Source of the DNA: Candidatus Omnitrophota bacterium | GTDB lineage: Bacteria > Omnitrophota > Gorgyraeia > Ghiorseimicrobiales > Ghiorseimicrobiaceae | Length of the DNA: 64,000 nucleotides | NCBI GenBank assembly: GCA_030681595.1 | Contig: JAUXSB010000003.1 | Location: forward strand, 223,207 to 287,206 | Reading direction: 5' to 3' | Notes under the pieces: model-generated | The model's input: only the letters and a program-made list of their open reading frames with translations | The model's database searches: none | Told to the model about the DNA's origin: nothing | Program-made: the position numbers and the translations under genes | In this document: in pieces, positions 54,857 through 64,000 of the stretch | How positions within the stretch are numbered: position 1 is the first letter of the stretch | Layout: the number at the start of each line of letters is the position of its first letter

Positions 54857-55795
54857 TTAAATATCCAGCATTTTGTCTATTGCCTTAATTGCCCTTTTTC
54901 TTATCTCGTCAGGGACTTTTACCACTTCTTTTAAATCCTGCAATGACCAAAGCACCTTTTCTAGGGTTATTTTTTTCATGTTCGGGCATACAGCGAGTTC
55001 TGATGCCGGGTAAAATTTTTTCTCGGGGTTTTCTTTCTTTAAACGGTGGATTATACCGACTTCTGTAGCGACAATAAACTCTTTGCCTTGAGATTCTTTA
55101 GCAAGCCTGCACATCTTGCCGGTAGAAACTACCGCGTCTGCAAGAGCAATTACTTCCGGCGTGCACTCCGGATGTGCCATCACCTTCGCCTTTGGATGCA
55201 GGCGGATTTGCTTTATGATATCTTCGGGCAAGATCTTGACATGTGTAGGGCAATAGCCGTCCCATGAAATAAGCCGCCTGCCTGTTTTTTTAGAGACATA
55301 GTCTGCTAAATACTTATCCGGGATAAAGATAATTTCGCCTGTCCCCGGTAGGGGGCCTGCCCCCGATAGGAGGTCGGCATCTTTTAATTTTAAAACTACG
55401 TCTACGGCATTAGACGAAGTACAACATATATCCACTTCTGCCTTTACCTCTGCTGTAGTATTAACATACCCCACTACCATAGCTTTTGGATTACGTTTTT
55501 TAAGCTCGATTAAATCTTTGGCTGTAATCATATTCGCCATCGGGCATCCTGCGGAAGCATCCGGGATAAGCACCACCTTATCGGGGCATAGGACCGAAGC
55601 GGTTTCAGCCATGAAATACACACCGCAGAAAACGACTACCCCTGCCTTACTTGAGGCGGCGGTACGGGACAGCTCTAAAGAATCACCGGTAAAATCAGCA
55701 ACATCCTGTACTTCAGGCAACTGATAATTATGCGCCAGGATTACCGCATTTCTTTCTTTCTTTAACTGCTGTATCTCTTTTACAATATCCTGCAT
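54857..55795 (-). CDS. nadA: Quinolinate synthase.
   Basis: NadA family protein with a start at MQDIVKEIQ... The ORF-track start at 55822 is a TTG extension into the L2 leader repeat. Confidence 0.9.
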   Translation of the reverse strand: MQDIVKEIQQLKKERNAVILAHNYQLPEVQDVADFTGDSLELSRTAASSKAGVVVFCGVYFMAETASVLCPDKVVLIPDASAGCPMANMITAKDLIELKKRNPKAMVVGYVNTTAEVKAEVDICCTSSNAVDVVLKLKDADLLSGAGPLPGTGEIIFIPDKYLADYVSKKTGRRLISWDGYCPTHVKILPEDIIKQIRLHPKAKVMAHPECTPEVIALADAVVSTGKMCRLAKESQGKEFIVATEVGIIHRLKKENPEKKFYPASELAVCPNMKKITLEKVLWSLQDLKEVVKVPDEIRKRAIKAIDKMLDI

Positions 55796-55852
55796 ATTGT
55801 CAGTTAGACAACACTTGCGCAATACCGCTTAGCGCAAGGTGTCAGTACTAAA
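55796..55852 (-). promoter_or_regulatory. L2 leader repeat immediately upstream of the nadA start.
   Basis: Sense: GACACCTTGCGCTAAGCGGTATTGCGCAAGTGTTGTCTAACTGACAAT-ATG. This copy lacks the AGGAG. Confidence 0.5.
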
Positions 55853-55858
55853 CCGTTC

Positions 55859-56989
55859 CTAATTAATGCTTTCCCTAATGATTCCTCCGCCCAAGACGGT
55901 GTCCTTTTGATAAAAAACTACCGATTGTCCCGGAGTTACTGCCCTCTGAGGCAAACTAAACTCTATCCTTACACTATCCTTATTAATAGGAATAAGGCGG
56001 GATTTTACTTCCCGATGATTATACCTGATTTTAGCGCCAATGGCAATTATTTTTTTAAGTGGTAATCCCATGAGAAAATTAAGGTTATCGGCAATAAGCC
56101 CTTGCGCGCAAGTGTCTTTTTGCCCTCCTAAAACAATCACATTCTTCTTGGCATCTATTTTTACCACATACAAAGGCGCCGCATACCCCCCGCCTAAAGC
56201 CCGGCGTTGCCCGATAGTATAAAAAGGTATGCCCTGATGCTTCCCTATCACTCTGCCGTCTATATGGATAAGCGCACCCGGCACTATCTCTTTACCTATA
56301 CGCCCGGAGATAAAAGAACGATAATCATCATTAGGAATAAAACATATTTCCTGGCTGCCCGGTTTATCCGAAACCGGTAAGTTAAAATTACGGGCGAGCC
56401 GGCGCACCTCTTCTTTGGTATATTTACCGAGAGGGAAAATCAGATACGGCAATACTTCTTTTTTTATAGCATATAAAAAATAAGACTGGTCTTTTTGAGA
56501 ATCCTTGGCTTTCTTTAACAAATACTTATGTTTCAAGCGGTTATAGCAAAGCTTTACGTAATGGCCGGTCGCCAGATAATCACAAGACAACTCCCTTGCT
56601 TTCCTTAAAAGCAGATTAAATTTTAAAAACTGGTTACATTTTACGCACGGATTAGGAGTGCGCCCGGCAAGATATTCACTGCAGAAATTTTTTATTACTT
56701 TATCTTCTAAAACAGTTCCAAAACTAAAAACATAATGCTTAATCCCCAAAGTATTCGCGGTCTTACGCGCGTCTTCAATACCGCTAATCCCGCAACAAGA
56801 GGGCCGTTTTCTATTATCCGCGGCTTCTTCATCAAACAAAGATCCGCCGGAGGCGGATCCGCCTGCGGTGGAAAAACACATAGTCCCGCCGATAACCTCA
56901 TAGCCATCTTTCTGTAATAAAGCGGCGGCAACTGCCGAATCTACTCCGCCACTCATCGCAACCATTACCCGTTTCTTATTATTAGTCAT
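55859..56989 (-). CDS. mnmA: tRNA-specific 2-thiouridylase MnmA.
   Basis: 376-aa protein with a PP-loop (SGGVDS) and the MnmA family catalytic Cys residues. It contains an in-frame palindromic insertion at ~56841-56868. Confidence 0.9.
   Translation of the reverse strand: MTNNKKRVMVAMSGGVDSAVAAALLQKDGYEVIGGTMCFSTAGGSASGGSLFDEEAADNRKRPSCCGISGIEDARKTANTLGIKHYVFSFGTVLEDKVIKNFCSEYLAGRTPNPCVKCNQFLKFNLLLRKARELSCDYLATGHYVKLCYNRLKHKYLLKKAKDSQKDQSYFLYAIKKEVLPYLIFPLGKYTKEEVRRLARNFNLPVSDKPGSQEICFIPNDDYRSFISGRIGKEIVPGALIHIDGRVIGKHQGIPFYTIGQRRALGGGYAAPLYVVKIDAKKNVIVLGGQKDTCAQGLIADNLNFLMGLPLKKIIAIGAKIRYNHREVKSRLIPINKDSVRIEFSLPQRAVTPGQSVVFYQKDTVLGGGIIRESIN
56841..56868 (-). repeat. Perfect 19-nt palindrome GATCCGCCGGAGGCGGATC inside mnmA.
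   Basis: In frame, encoding part of TAGGSASGGSLFDEEAAD in a loop of the PP-loop domain. Confidence 0.8.
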
Positions 56990-57087
56990 TATTCAATGCC
57001 CAATTAACCAATTACCAATTTCCAATAAATGTCCAATTGTTCAATTACCAATTTTAATTTGACATTGGTTATTGGGATTTGTTAATT
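56990..57087 (-). promoter_or_regulatory. L4 CCAAT/ATTGG-array leader upstream of mnmA.
   Basis: Sense: CCCAATAACCAATGTCAAATTAAAATTGGTAATTGAACAATTGGACATTTATTGGAAATTGGTAATTGGTTAATTGGGCATTGAATA-ATG. It is homologous to 12812-12944. Confidence 0.45.
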
Positions 57088-58044
57088 TCAACGAATGTTG
57101 ATAACGTCTCCCGATAAAACCTTCTCAATAAAACCCGTATCCCGCCTGACTAAAAGCGCACCGTCTAAATCAATATCCTGAGCCTCTCCCTGAATAATCT
57201 TATCATGCGACCTTATTTCAATACGCCTGCCTAATATAAAAGATGCCGCTTTCCATTTTTCCAATATCGGTTTAAAGCCGTCTTTTTTCAAGGAAAGGTA
57301 ATTCTCTTCAATTGAACGCAATATTTCTTTTGCCAAATCAATACGGGATACTTCCCTCTTAAGCTCTTCCTTCAAAGACGTGCCTTCCTTAGGCAGAAAA
57401 GACTTGGAAACATTCACATTAACCCCGACTCCGATATTTATAAATTTTATCTTGTCGGCCTCGGCATTCAACTCGGTCAATATTCCTGACAGCTTTTTTC
57501 CACCGGCCATTATATCGTTAGGCCACTTAATTAAAACAGACAGGCCTGTTAATTTCTTTATTGCTTCAGCAATGCTTACGGCGGCCATTAAAGTTACCTT
57601 GGGCGCTTCCTGAGGCAAGAATTCCGGCCGCAGGATAAATGAAAAATATATGCCTTTGTTTTTTGGCGAAAACCAGCTTCTGCCCATCCTGCCGCGGCCT
57701 TTAGTCTGACTCTCCGCAAAAACTACCGTTCCTTCGGGTGAGCCCTTTAGGCCTAAATCAAAGGCAACGTCCATAGTAGAAGTCAGCGTATCGTAATAGA
57801 AAATTTTCTTCCCGATAACCTTAGTGTTAAGGTTATAAGAAACTTCATCCGGCAGGAGCTTATCCGGTATAGTTATGATTTTATACCCCAAATGCGGGAC
57901 AGCTTCAATAACATAACCGCCGGCGCGCAGGTGCGCGATATGCTTCCACACCGCGCTGCGGGAAATTCCCAATTCACGGCTTATCTCTTCGCCGGAGACA
58001 AAACCATCCCGCATCCTTAAAAAATCTAAAACTTGTTTTGCCAT
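57088..58044 (-). CDS. birA: Bifunctional biotin--[acetyl-CoA-carboxylase] ligase / repressor BirA.
   Basis: 318-aa protein with an N-terminal HTH, the GRGRxGRxW motif and a C-terminal SH3-like domain. Confidence 0.85.
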   Translation of the reverse strand: MAKQVLDFLRMRDGFVSGEEISRELGISRSAVWKHIAHLRAGGYVIEAVPHLGYKIITIPDKLLPDEVSYNLNTKVIGKKIFYYDTLTSTMDVAFDLGLKGSPEGTVVFAESQTKGRGRMGRSWFSPKNKGIYFSFILRPEFLPQEAPKVTLMAAVSIAEAIKKLTGLSVLIKWPNDIMAGGKKLSGILTELNAEADKIKFINIGVGVNVNVSKSFLPKEGTSLKEELKREVSRIDLAKEILRSIEENYLSLKKDGFKPILEKWKAASFILGRRIEIRSHDKIIQGEAQDIDLDGALLVRRDTGFIEKVLSGDVINIR

Positions 58045-58056
58045 AATGCCAGAATT

Positions 58057-59220
58057 TTATTTAGGTTCGTAAAGAGGGGACATTCTGCGCAGCTTATCCA
58101 CAATTTTAGGCAGGTGTTCTAAAAGGTAACCGGCATCCGTCTTTCTACTAAAGCGGCCGAGCGTAAGGCGCAATGACCCATGGGCTATTTCATGAGAAAG
58201 CCCTATAGCCAATAACACGTGCGACGGCGAAAGCGAGCTTGAAGTGCAGGCTGAACCGGTAGAGGCAGCAATACCCAATAAATCTAAATTTAAAAGGATA
58301 GATTCACCTTCAATATAAGAAAAGGAAAAATTGACGTTGTTAGGCAGGCGCCTTTCGGCATGCCCGTTTAAGCAGCATTCCGGAATTTTTTCAGAGATTT
58401 CTTTTATTAAGAAATCGCGCAGCTCAGAATGAATTTTTACTTCTTCTTCTAATTTTTTGCCGCATAATTCAACAGCCTTGCCTAAGCCGACGATTCCCGC
58501 TACATTTGAAGTTGACGCCCGCCTGCCACGTTCCTGATCCCCCCCGCGGAGATAAGGCGAAAATTTTGTGCCTTTTTTAATATAAAAGGCACCCACCCCT
58601 TTTGGGCCGTAAAATTTATGCGCCGAAAGCGACAACATATCTATACCTAGGTTTGTTACATTTATCGGAATATGACCCACAGTTTGTACGGCATCCGTAT
58701 GCATATAGACGCCGTTTTCCTTGGCAATTTTGGAAATTTCTTCTATCGGCTCAATACTCCCTATTTCATTATTGGCATGCATTACGGTAATCAGGATAGT
58801 TTCTTTGGTAATAGCTTTTTTTACATCGGCGGGATCAACTAACCCGGTTTTATCTACCTTTAGATAAGTAACTTTATATCCCTGTTTTTCCAAAAACTTG
58901 CACGGTTCAAGTACGGCATGATGCTCAATGCTAGAGGTAATGATATGATTACCTTTGTTTTTAAGCGCGTTGGCTACGCCGAAAATCACCGCGTTATTAG
59001 ACTCTGTCCCCCCGGAGGTAAAAACAACCTCCTCGGCCTTTGCCCCCAGAAAAGACGCCAAGGTTTCGCGGGCTGCCTCCATCCCTTTTCTTGCCTCTTG
59101 GCCAAAAGAATGAATACTTGAGGCATTGCCAAAGATATCCGTAAAATAGGGCTGCATTGCCCTAAGCACTTCCGGGTCAACCGGTGTCGTTGCCGCGTAA
59201 TCTAAGTAAATTCGTTCCAT
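58057..59220 (-). CDS. Cysteine desulfurase (NifS/IscS family).
   Basis: 387-aa class V protein with a PLP-lysine motif (SAHKFYGPKG) and catalytic Cys (SGSACTS). Confidence 0.9.
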   Translation of the reverse strand: MERIYLDYAATTPVDPEVLRAMQPYFTDIFGNASSIHSFGQEARKGMEAARETLASFLGAKAEEVVFTSGGTESNNAVIFGVANALKNKGNHIITSSIEHHAVLEPCKFLEKQGYKVTYLKVDKTGLVDPADVKKAITKETILITVMHANNEIGSIEPIEEISKIAKENGVYMHTDAVQTVGHIPINVTNLGIDMLSLSAHKFYGPKGVGAFYIKKGTKFSPYLRGGDQERGRRASTSNVAGIVGLGKAVELCGKKLEEEVKIHSELRDFLIKEISEKIPECCLNGHAERRLPNNVNFSFSYIEGESILLNLDLLGIAASTGSACTSSSLSPSHVLLAIGLSHEIAHGSLRLTLGRFSRKTDAGYLLEHLPKIVDKLRRMSPLYEPK

Positions 59221-59234
59221 AATAAATTTAATTT

Positions 59235-60050
59235 TTAATTTATCATCTCATTCATACTTCCCGACCTATACCCCTCAAGGTCTAAAGTTACATAATTATA
59301 CCCTAATTTCTTGAATTTGTGAACAATTTTTGTTTTATCAAGCGTTAAGAAATGCCGGATTTCATCTTTAGGCACTTCAATGCGCGCTAAACTGTTATAA
59401 TGCCTGACCCTTACCTGCGAAAATCCCGCTTTTCTTAAAAAATCCTCCGCCTTATTGATACGAGTTAAAGCGTTTTCCGTAATCGCTGATTTATAGGGAA
59501 AACGTGAGGCAAGGCAAGCCAAAGAAGGCTTATTCCAAGTAGAGAGGCCCATTTCTTTAGACAGTGTGCGGATATCTTGCTTAGTCAACTTCGCCTCTTT
59601 TAACGGCGAACGCACATTATGTTTTTCTTTCGCTGTTGCTCCCGGCCGATAGTCTAACCTATCATCGTAATTTGTGCCATCAAGTACGTATTTTATATTA
59701 TGCGCCTTAGCTATTTTCTTTAACCTTGAAAATAACTCGTCTTTACAATAAAAACAGCGGTTTTTGGGATTTTTGGTAAAATGCGGATTATTTAGTTCTT
59801 CGGTGGCAATAACCTGATGTTTTATCTTATGCTTTTTGCAAAAATCCGCTGCCTCTCTTAACTCTGATTTCGTATAGGTGGGGGATGTTGCAATTACCGC
59901 CAAAACATTTCTGCCCAGAACGTCTGATGCGGTCTTAAGTAATAAAGAGCTATCCGCGCCTCCGGAGTAGGCGACCAATACAGACCGCAGCATACGGATT
60001 ATTAATTTTAATTTTTCTAACTTTTCTAAGCAAACACGCATTTTGTCCAA
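59235..60050 (-). CDS. PP-loop ATP-pyrophosphatase family protein (LarE-like / TIGR00268-type sulfur transferase).
   Basis: 271-aa protein with an SGGADS PP-loop and a C-terminal ...LDLEGY tail, adjacent to the cysteine desulfurase. Confidence 0.65.
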   Translation of the reverse strand: MDKMRVCLEKLEKLKLIIRMLRSVLVAYSGGADSSLLLKTASDVLGRNVLAVIATSPTYTKSELREAADFCKKHKIKHQVIATEELNNPHFTKNPKNRCFYCKDELFSRLKKIAKAHNIKYVLDGTNYDDRLDYRPGATAKEKHNVRSPLKEAKLTKQDIRTLSKEMGLSTWNKPSLACLASRFPYKSAITENALTRINKAEDFLRKAGFSQVRVRHYNSLARIEVPKDEIRHFLTLDKTKIVHKFKKLGYNYVTLDLEGYRSGSMNEMIN

Positions 60051-60062
60051 ATGGCTAATGCT

Positions 60063-60386
60063 TTAGTCGTGCATATGCTCGCCTGCGTTAGGATGCGCCT
60101 TCTCTTCCCTTTCTATCTTCTGGATATATTTCTGCGGGTCGCGCTTAAAAGGTATAATGCAGCTAGCACAGCAAAATCTGTATCTTTTGCCTTCATAAAC
60201 ATAACTGGTTGCCAACTCATCTTTAATCTTTTCGCTGGTTACCGGACAGTATTGGTTATTTACATCTATAACATTTGCTTCTTCTGTTTTATTCTGCGCA
60301 CTTTTACTCTGCCCCTCTCGCGAGCAAGAAACAAGAGAAAATATTGCTAAACCTGTTATTGCAAAAATGGCTATTGTTTTAAACAT
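60063..60386 (-). CDS. YHS/TRASH-domain metal-binding lipoprotein.
   Basis: Signal peptide with lipobox (LVSCS), CPVT and CCASC motifs. The start was set at MFKT, which has an AGGAGG RBS. The upstream extension contains a strong hairpin. Confidence 0.6.
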   Translation of the reverse strand: MFKTIAIFAITGLAIFSLVSCSREGQSKSAQNKTEEANVIDVNNQYCPVTSEKIKDELATSYVYEGKRYRFCCASCIIPFKRDPQKYIQKIEREEKAHPNAGEHMHD

Positions 60387-60415
60387 ATCTACCTCCTTTA
60401 TATTGATTGTTGCCC

Positions 60416-60454
60416 TTACCCCATTGTCCACCCCAGAGATGGACAATGGGGTAA
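60416..60454 (-). terminator. Hairpin between the P-type ATPase and the YHS lipoprotein genes.
   Basis: TTACCCCATTGTCCA-CCCCAGAGA-TGGACAATGGGGTAA forms a 12-bp perfect stem. No U tract follows. Confidence 0.4.
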
Positions 60455-60487
60455 ATAACGCATGACGCAACGACCTACGCTATTGGG

Positions 60488-63184
60488 CTAACCTATAAAC
60501 TTTCTTTTCTTATTGGCTATTTTTACTATTTCCATTGCCCAGAGCGGGAAAGAAGAAATAGCGATAACCAAAAACCAGTCAAATAATCCCAAGGGCTCTG
60601 TCTTAAATACTTTTTGTAAAAACGGCATATAGACAACTGCCATCTGCAAAGAAAAGGATACCGCGGTTGCAAAAATTAGTTTCTTATTGGTGAATAGCCC
60701 TATCTTAAATAAAGATTCCGTCATGTTCCGGCAATTAAAAGAGTGAAATAACTGGCTACAGGCAAGGACTATAAAGGCAGCGGTCCTTGCCCGGTCTATG
60801 CCCTCTTTTTCTATAAACAAAACAAAGCTAAATGCAAAAAGGCTGCATATCGCGATAAAAGCGCCTTGGGACATTATTAACAACGCCCTCGGCCTCGTCA
60901 CCACGCCTTCATTTACAGGCCTGGGCGGGCGTTTCATAATATTTGGGTCAACTGGATCAACCCCTAAAGCCAAAGCCGGAAACCCATCAGTCACTAAGTT
61001 TACCCAGAGTATATGAATGGGTAATAACGGTACAGGCAGCCCTATCAAAGACGAGACAAACATTACCAATATCTCTCCGGCATTACAAGACAAAAGGTAA
61101 TGAATAAATTTCTTAATATTATCATAAATACCTCTGCCTTCCTCAACCGCGGACACAATAGAGGCAAAATTATCATCGGTTATTACCATATCGGATACTT
61201 CCTTGGTAACATCTGTACCGGTAATACCCATTGCTACCCCTATATCCGCTTCTTTTACTGCCGGCGCGTCGTTGACACCGTCGCCGGTCATGGCTACAAT
61301 TTCTCCGCGTTTGCGCAGCATACGCACAATCCTTAGTTTATGCTCGGGAGAAACCCGGGCATATACCGAAATTCTTCCTACTTCTTTATAGAGTTCATCG
61401 TCACTTAATTTATCTAACTCCTCGCCGGTAAATGCCAAGGAATCCTCTTTGAAAAGTCCAAGCTCGCGGGCAATAGCCACTGCGGTATTCTTATGGTCTC
61501 CGGTAATCATTACTGTTTTTATGCCGGCATTGACGCAATCGGCGATCGCCCTTTTAACCTCTTCTCTTGGCGGATCGATCATGGCAACCAATCCCATAAA
61601 AGTAAGGCCTTTCTCAACCAGCGCTGCTTCATACTTCTGTCCTCTACTGTCCAAAACCTTACACGCTATCGCCAAAACACGCATCGCGGAATTAGCTAAA
61701 CCGTTGTTTATCCCGAGTATGTTCTCTTTTTCTTCATTGCTTAACTCTTTAAGCAGGCCATTTTTTTCGATATATGAACAATCCTTTAAAAGGACATCGG
61801 GAGCACCTTTGACAAAAGCGATAAGCTTATCTTTATCATTACGGATAATGGTCATTTTTTTGCGCTCAGAATCAAACGGTATTTCATCAATAAAGGGAAA
61901 TTCTTTTTCTTTTGCTTCTTTCCACAAGCCTGCCTTAGCTGCTGCCGTCAAAATAGCGCCTTCGGTCGGGTCTCCGACTATTTTATAGGTTTGGTCATTT
62001 TTAATTAACTGCGCTCCGTTACACAATATGCCGGAAATTAACGCCTTATTTAAATCAGAATAATCCAAGGGATTAATCTTTTTCCCGTTTAGCGAAAACT
62101 CTCCTTTTGGTTCATATCCTATGCCGCTTACTTGAAATAACTCGCCCCCGGCAAAAACTGCCCTGACCGTCATCTCATTCTTTGTTAATGTGCCTGTTTT
62201 GTCTGAACATATAACCGTAGCGCATCCCAAGGTTTCAACTGAGGGCAATTTTCGTATAAGCGCGTTACGTTTAACCATCCTCTGCACGCCCAAAGCCAAA
62301 GAAATCGTCACTACCGCCGGCAAGCCCTCAGGGATAGCCGCTACCGCCAAGCTTACCGCAGTCAAAAACATTTCTAAAATCTCTCTACCCCGGATAACAC
62401 CTAAGATAAAGACTAAACCCACCAAGACAAAACAAAGATAAACAATCCACTTTCCAAACTGTTCTAATTTTTTTTGAAGAGGCGTGGATTCTTGAGCGAT
62501 TTCCTGGATCATCCCGGCAATCTTGCCCAATTCTGTTCGCATGCCCGTTTCAACCACTATTGCCTTTGCCTTACCGCAAGTAACTGAAGTACCCGTATAA
62601 ACCATATTCACCCTGTCTGCTAAAGGCACGTCCTTTTCTTTTAACGAAAGCACGGTTTTTAGAACAGGTACGGATTCTCCGGTAAGAGATGCTTCCTGAA
62701 CATTAAAATTAGAAGTAAGCCAGACAAGGCGGCTATCCGTGGGGATATTGTCGCCAGCTTCTAATTCAATCAAGTCGCCAGGCACTAATTCATAAGAAGC
62801 GATTAATTTATAATGGCCGTCGCGTATTACTTTTGAAGTAGGGCTGGATAACTTTTTTAAGGCGGCCAGGGATTTTTCTGCGCGATACTCCTGAATAAAA
62901 CCTAAAAACGCGTTTAAAATGACAATGGCAACTATTGCGAGGGCATCAATCCATTCTTTTAAAAAACCTGAGACTGACGCAGCTCCGATTAAAACCCAAA
63001 CAATAAAATCTTTAAACTGCTCCAAAAAAATACTAAAAGGAGAACGGCCTTTTGTTTCTTTTAATTGATTTGGCCCAAACTTATCTATTCTTAATTTGGC
63101 TTCGCCAAGCGTAAGGCCTAAGTTTAAATCCGTTGACAGCTCCTCAATAATTTCCTGAACATCCAATTGCCACCATGGTTTCAT
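60488..63184 (-). CDS. Cation-transporting P-type ATPase (type II, Ca2+/Mg2+-like).
   Basis: 898-aa protein with [17 protein letters not shown] and PEGL motifs. Confidence 0.9.
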   Translation of the reverse strand: MKPWWQLDVQEIIEELSTDLNLGLTLGEAKLRIDKFGPNQLKETKGRSPFSIFLEQFKDFIVWVLIGAASVSGFLKEWIDALAIVAIVILNAFLGFIQEYRAEKSLAALKKLSSPTSKVIRDGHYKLIASYELVPGDLIELEAGDNIPTDSRLVWLTSNFNVQEASLTGESVPVLKTVLSLKEKDVPLADRVNMVYTGTSVTCGKAKAIVVETGMRTELGKIAGMIQEIAQESTPLQKKLEQFGKWIVYLCFVLVGLVFILGVIRGREILEMFLTAVSLAVAAIPEGLPAVVTISLALGVQRMVKRNALIRKLPSVETLGCATVICSDKTGTLTKNEMTVRAVFAGGELFQVSGIGYEPKGEFSLNGKKINPLDYSDLNKALISGILCNGAQLIKNDQTYKIVGDPTEGAILTAAAKAGLWKEAKEKEFPFIDEIPFDSERKKMTIIRNDKDKLIAFVKGAPDVLLKDCSYIEKNGLLKELSNEEKENILGINNGLANSAMRVLAIACKVLDSRGQKYEAALVEKGLTFMGLVAMIDPPREEVKRAIADCVNAGIKTVMITGDHKNTAVAIARELGLFKEDSLAFTGEELDKLSDDELYKEVGRISVYARVSPEHKLRIVRMLRKRGEIVAMTGDGVNDAPAVKEADIGVAMGITGTDVTKEVSDMVITDDNFASIVSAVEEGRGIYDNIKKFIHYLLSCNAGEILVMFVSSLIGLPVPLLPIHILWVNLVTDGFPALALGVDPVDPNIMKRPPRPVNEGVVTRPRALLIMSQGAFIAICSLFAFSFVLFIEKEGIDRARTAAFIVLACSQLFHSFNCRNMTESLFKIGLFTNKKLIFATAVSFSLQMAVVYMPFLQKVFKTEPLGLFDWFLVIAISSFPLWAMEIVKIANKKRKFIG

Positions 63185-63228
63185 TCTTTATAATACCTTT
63201 CTTTAATTTTAAGGTTAAGCCTTAATTT

Positions 63229-64000
63229 TTAAAGGACTTTCTTTATAGAGGCTTCTTTCCATATCACGTAGAATGTCGGTATGACTATAAGGGCTAAGAT
63301 TACGGCGCTGAAAAGTCCGAATATTATCGGAGCTGTGTAACGCTTAAGGAATTCCGCACCGATCCCTGTCGCCCACATGGCCGGCATTAGGCCTAGTATA
63401 TCGGCCGAACATGTCATCATCGCTGGCCGTAGCGCGCGGGTCGCGCCCTCAAGAGACAGCGCGCGTATATCTAGAGATGATTTTATCTTTCCTTCATTCT
63501 TCCACCGCGCGTAAGCCTCATTCAAGAATATCATCACGAGAGCACATAAAGCTGCGCCTATGCCTACAACCTCAATCATGCCGGCCCATACCGCGATGGA
63601 CATATTAAAACCTAAAAGCTTTATTCCCAAGATCCCCCCAATGGCCGTGAATGGCATAGCGAGCATTATTAGACATGTGGCTATGATAGATTTAAAATTA
63701 AAATGATACAATATAAAAATAAGCAAGAGCGCCATAGGTATGAAAAGCCCTAGTCTTTTTTTCACGCGTTCCATATATTCATACTGACCGCTCCAGGTGA
63801 GCGTATACCCAGGAGCAAGCTTAACTTTCTCTCTAATGACTTTCTTAGCGTCGCGCACATAGCGGCCTATATCGCGGCCGGCCGTATCTACATATACATA
63901 TCCGGAAAGCATACCGTTCTCGTCCCTTATCATAGCAGGCCCGAGCGCAATCTTTATATCCGCCAGTTGCTCTAACGGCACTTGCGCGCCTGACATCGTA
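63229..64000 (-). CDS. CusA/CzcA-family RND efflux permease. Partial: C-terminal part only, the N-terminus lies beyond the window end.
   Basis: Transmembrane C-terminal region typical of heavy-metal efflux RND pumps. The ORF runs off the window end. Confidence 0.8.
   Translation of the reverse strand, partial: TMSGAQVPLEQLADIKIALGPAMIRDENGMLSGYVYVDTAGRDIGRYVRDAKKVIREKVKLAPGYTLTWSGQYEYMERVKKRLGLFIPMALLLIFILYHFNFKSIIATCLIMLAMPFTAIGGILGIKLLGFNMSIAVWAGMIEVVGIGAALCALVMIFLNEAYARWKNEGKIKSSLDIRALSLEGATRALRPAMMTCSADILGLMPAMWATGIGAEFLKRYTAPIIFGLFSAVILALIVIPTFYVIWKEASIKKVL

Overview
This is a bacterial window of about 42% GC with roughly 63 protein genes, and every one of them is on the minus strand. 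The first gene (murA) and the last (a CusA-like RND pump) are truncated at the window edges.

Gene content is mostly housekeeping:
- Translation and transcription: prfA, prmC, rpmE, rho, infB, nusA, rimP, trpS, proS, rplS, trmD, tig, clpP.
- Replication and repair: polA, ruvB, scpA, rnhB.
- Isoprenoid and lipid synthesis: ispG, dxr, uppS, cdsA, rseP.
- tRNA modification: tgt, queA, queH, mnmA.
- Purine, serine, NAD and biotin metabolism: purA, serA, a serC-like aminotransferase, nadA, birA; plus nifS and a larE-like gene, lptA and lptB.
- A Wood-Ljungdahl methyl-branch cluster: fhs, fchA, folD, metF, a metV-like ferredoxin, an FAD oxidoreductase, and acsB (acetyl-CoA synthase with a CGCFE A-cluster motif).
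- A metal module: a YHS-domain lipoprotein, a type II P-type ATPase and the CusA-like RND pump.

No rRNA, tRNA, CRISPR array, transposase or integrase was found.

The unusual signal is in non-coding and repeat DNA, where almost every intergenic region belongs to a small paralogous family.
- R1 is a structured element of about 130-180 nt present in three copies, with compensatory base changes in three stems. It is a candidate novel ncRNA or MITE-like element.
- L1 is a two-hairpin leader upstream of prfA, rpmE, rho and the serC-like gene.
- L2 is a leader of about 55 nt directly upstream of the fhs, folD and nadA start codons.
- L3, L4 and L5 are further leader families, each found upstream of two genes.
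- Short GC-rich palindromes and 7- or 14-bp tandem repeats are inserted in frame into housekeeping genes (tgt, ispG, mnmA, trmD, prmC, nadA). This resembles Rickettsia palindromic elements.
- Two adjacent heptamer arrays of four copies each sit in the signal-peptide coding region of a SpoIID-like gene. This is a phase-variation candidate.

Manual motif coordinates are approximate to within 2 nt.
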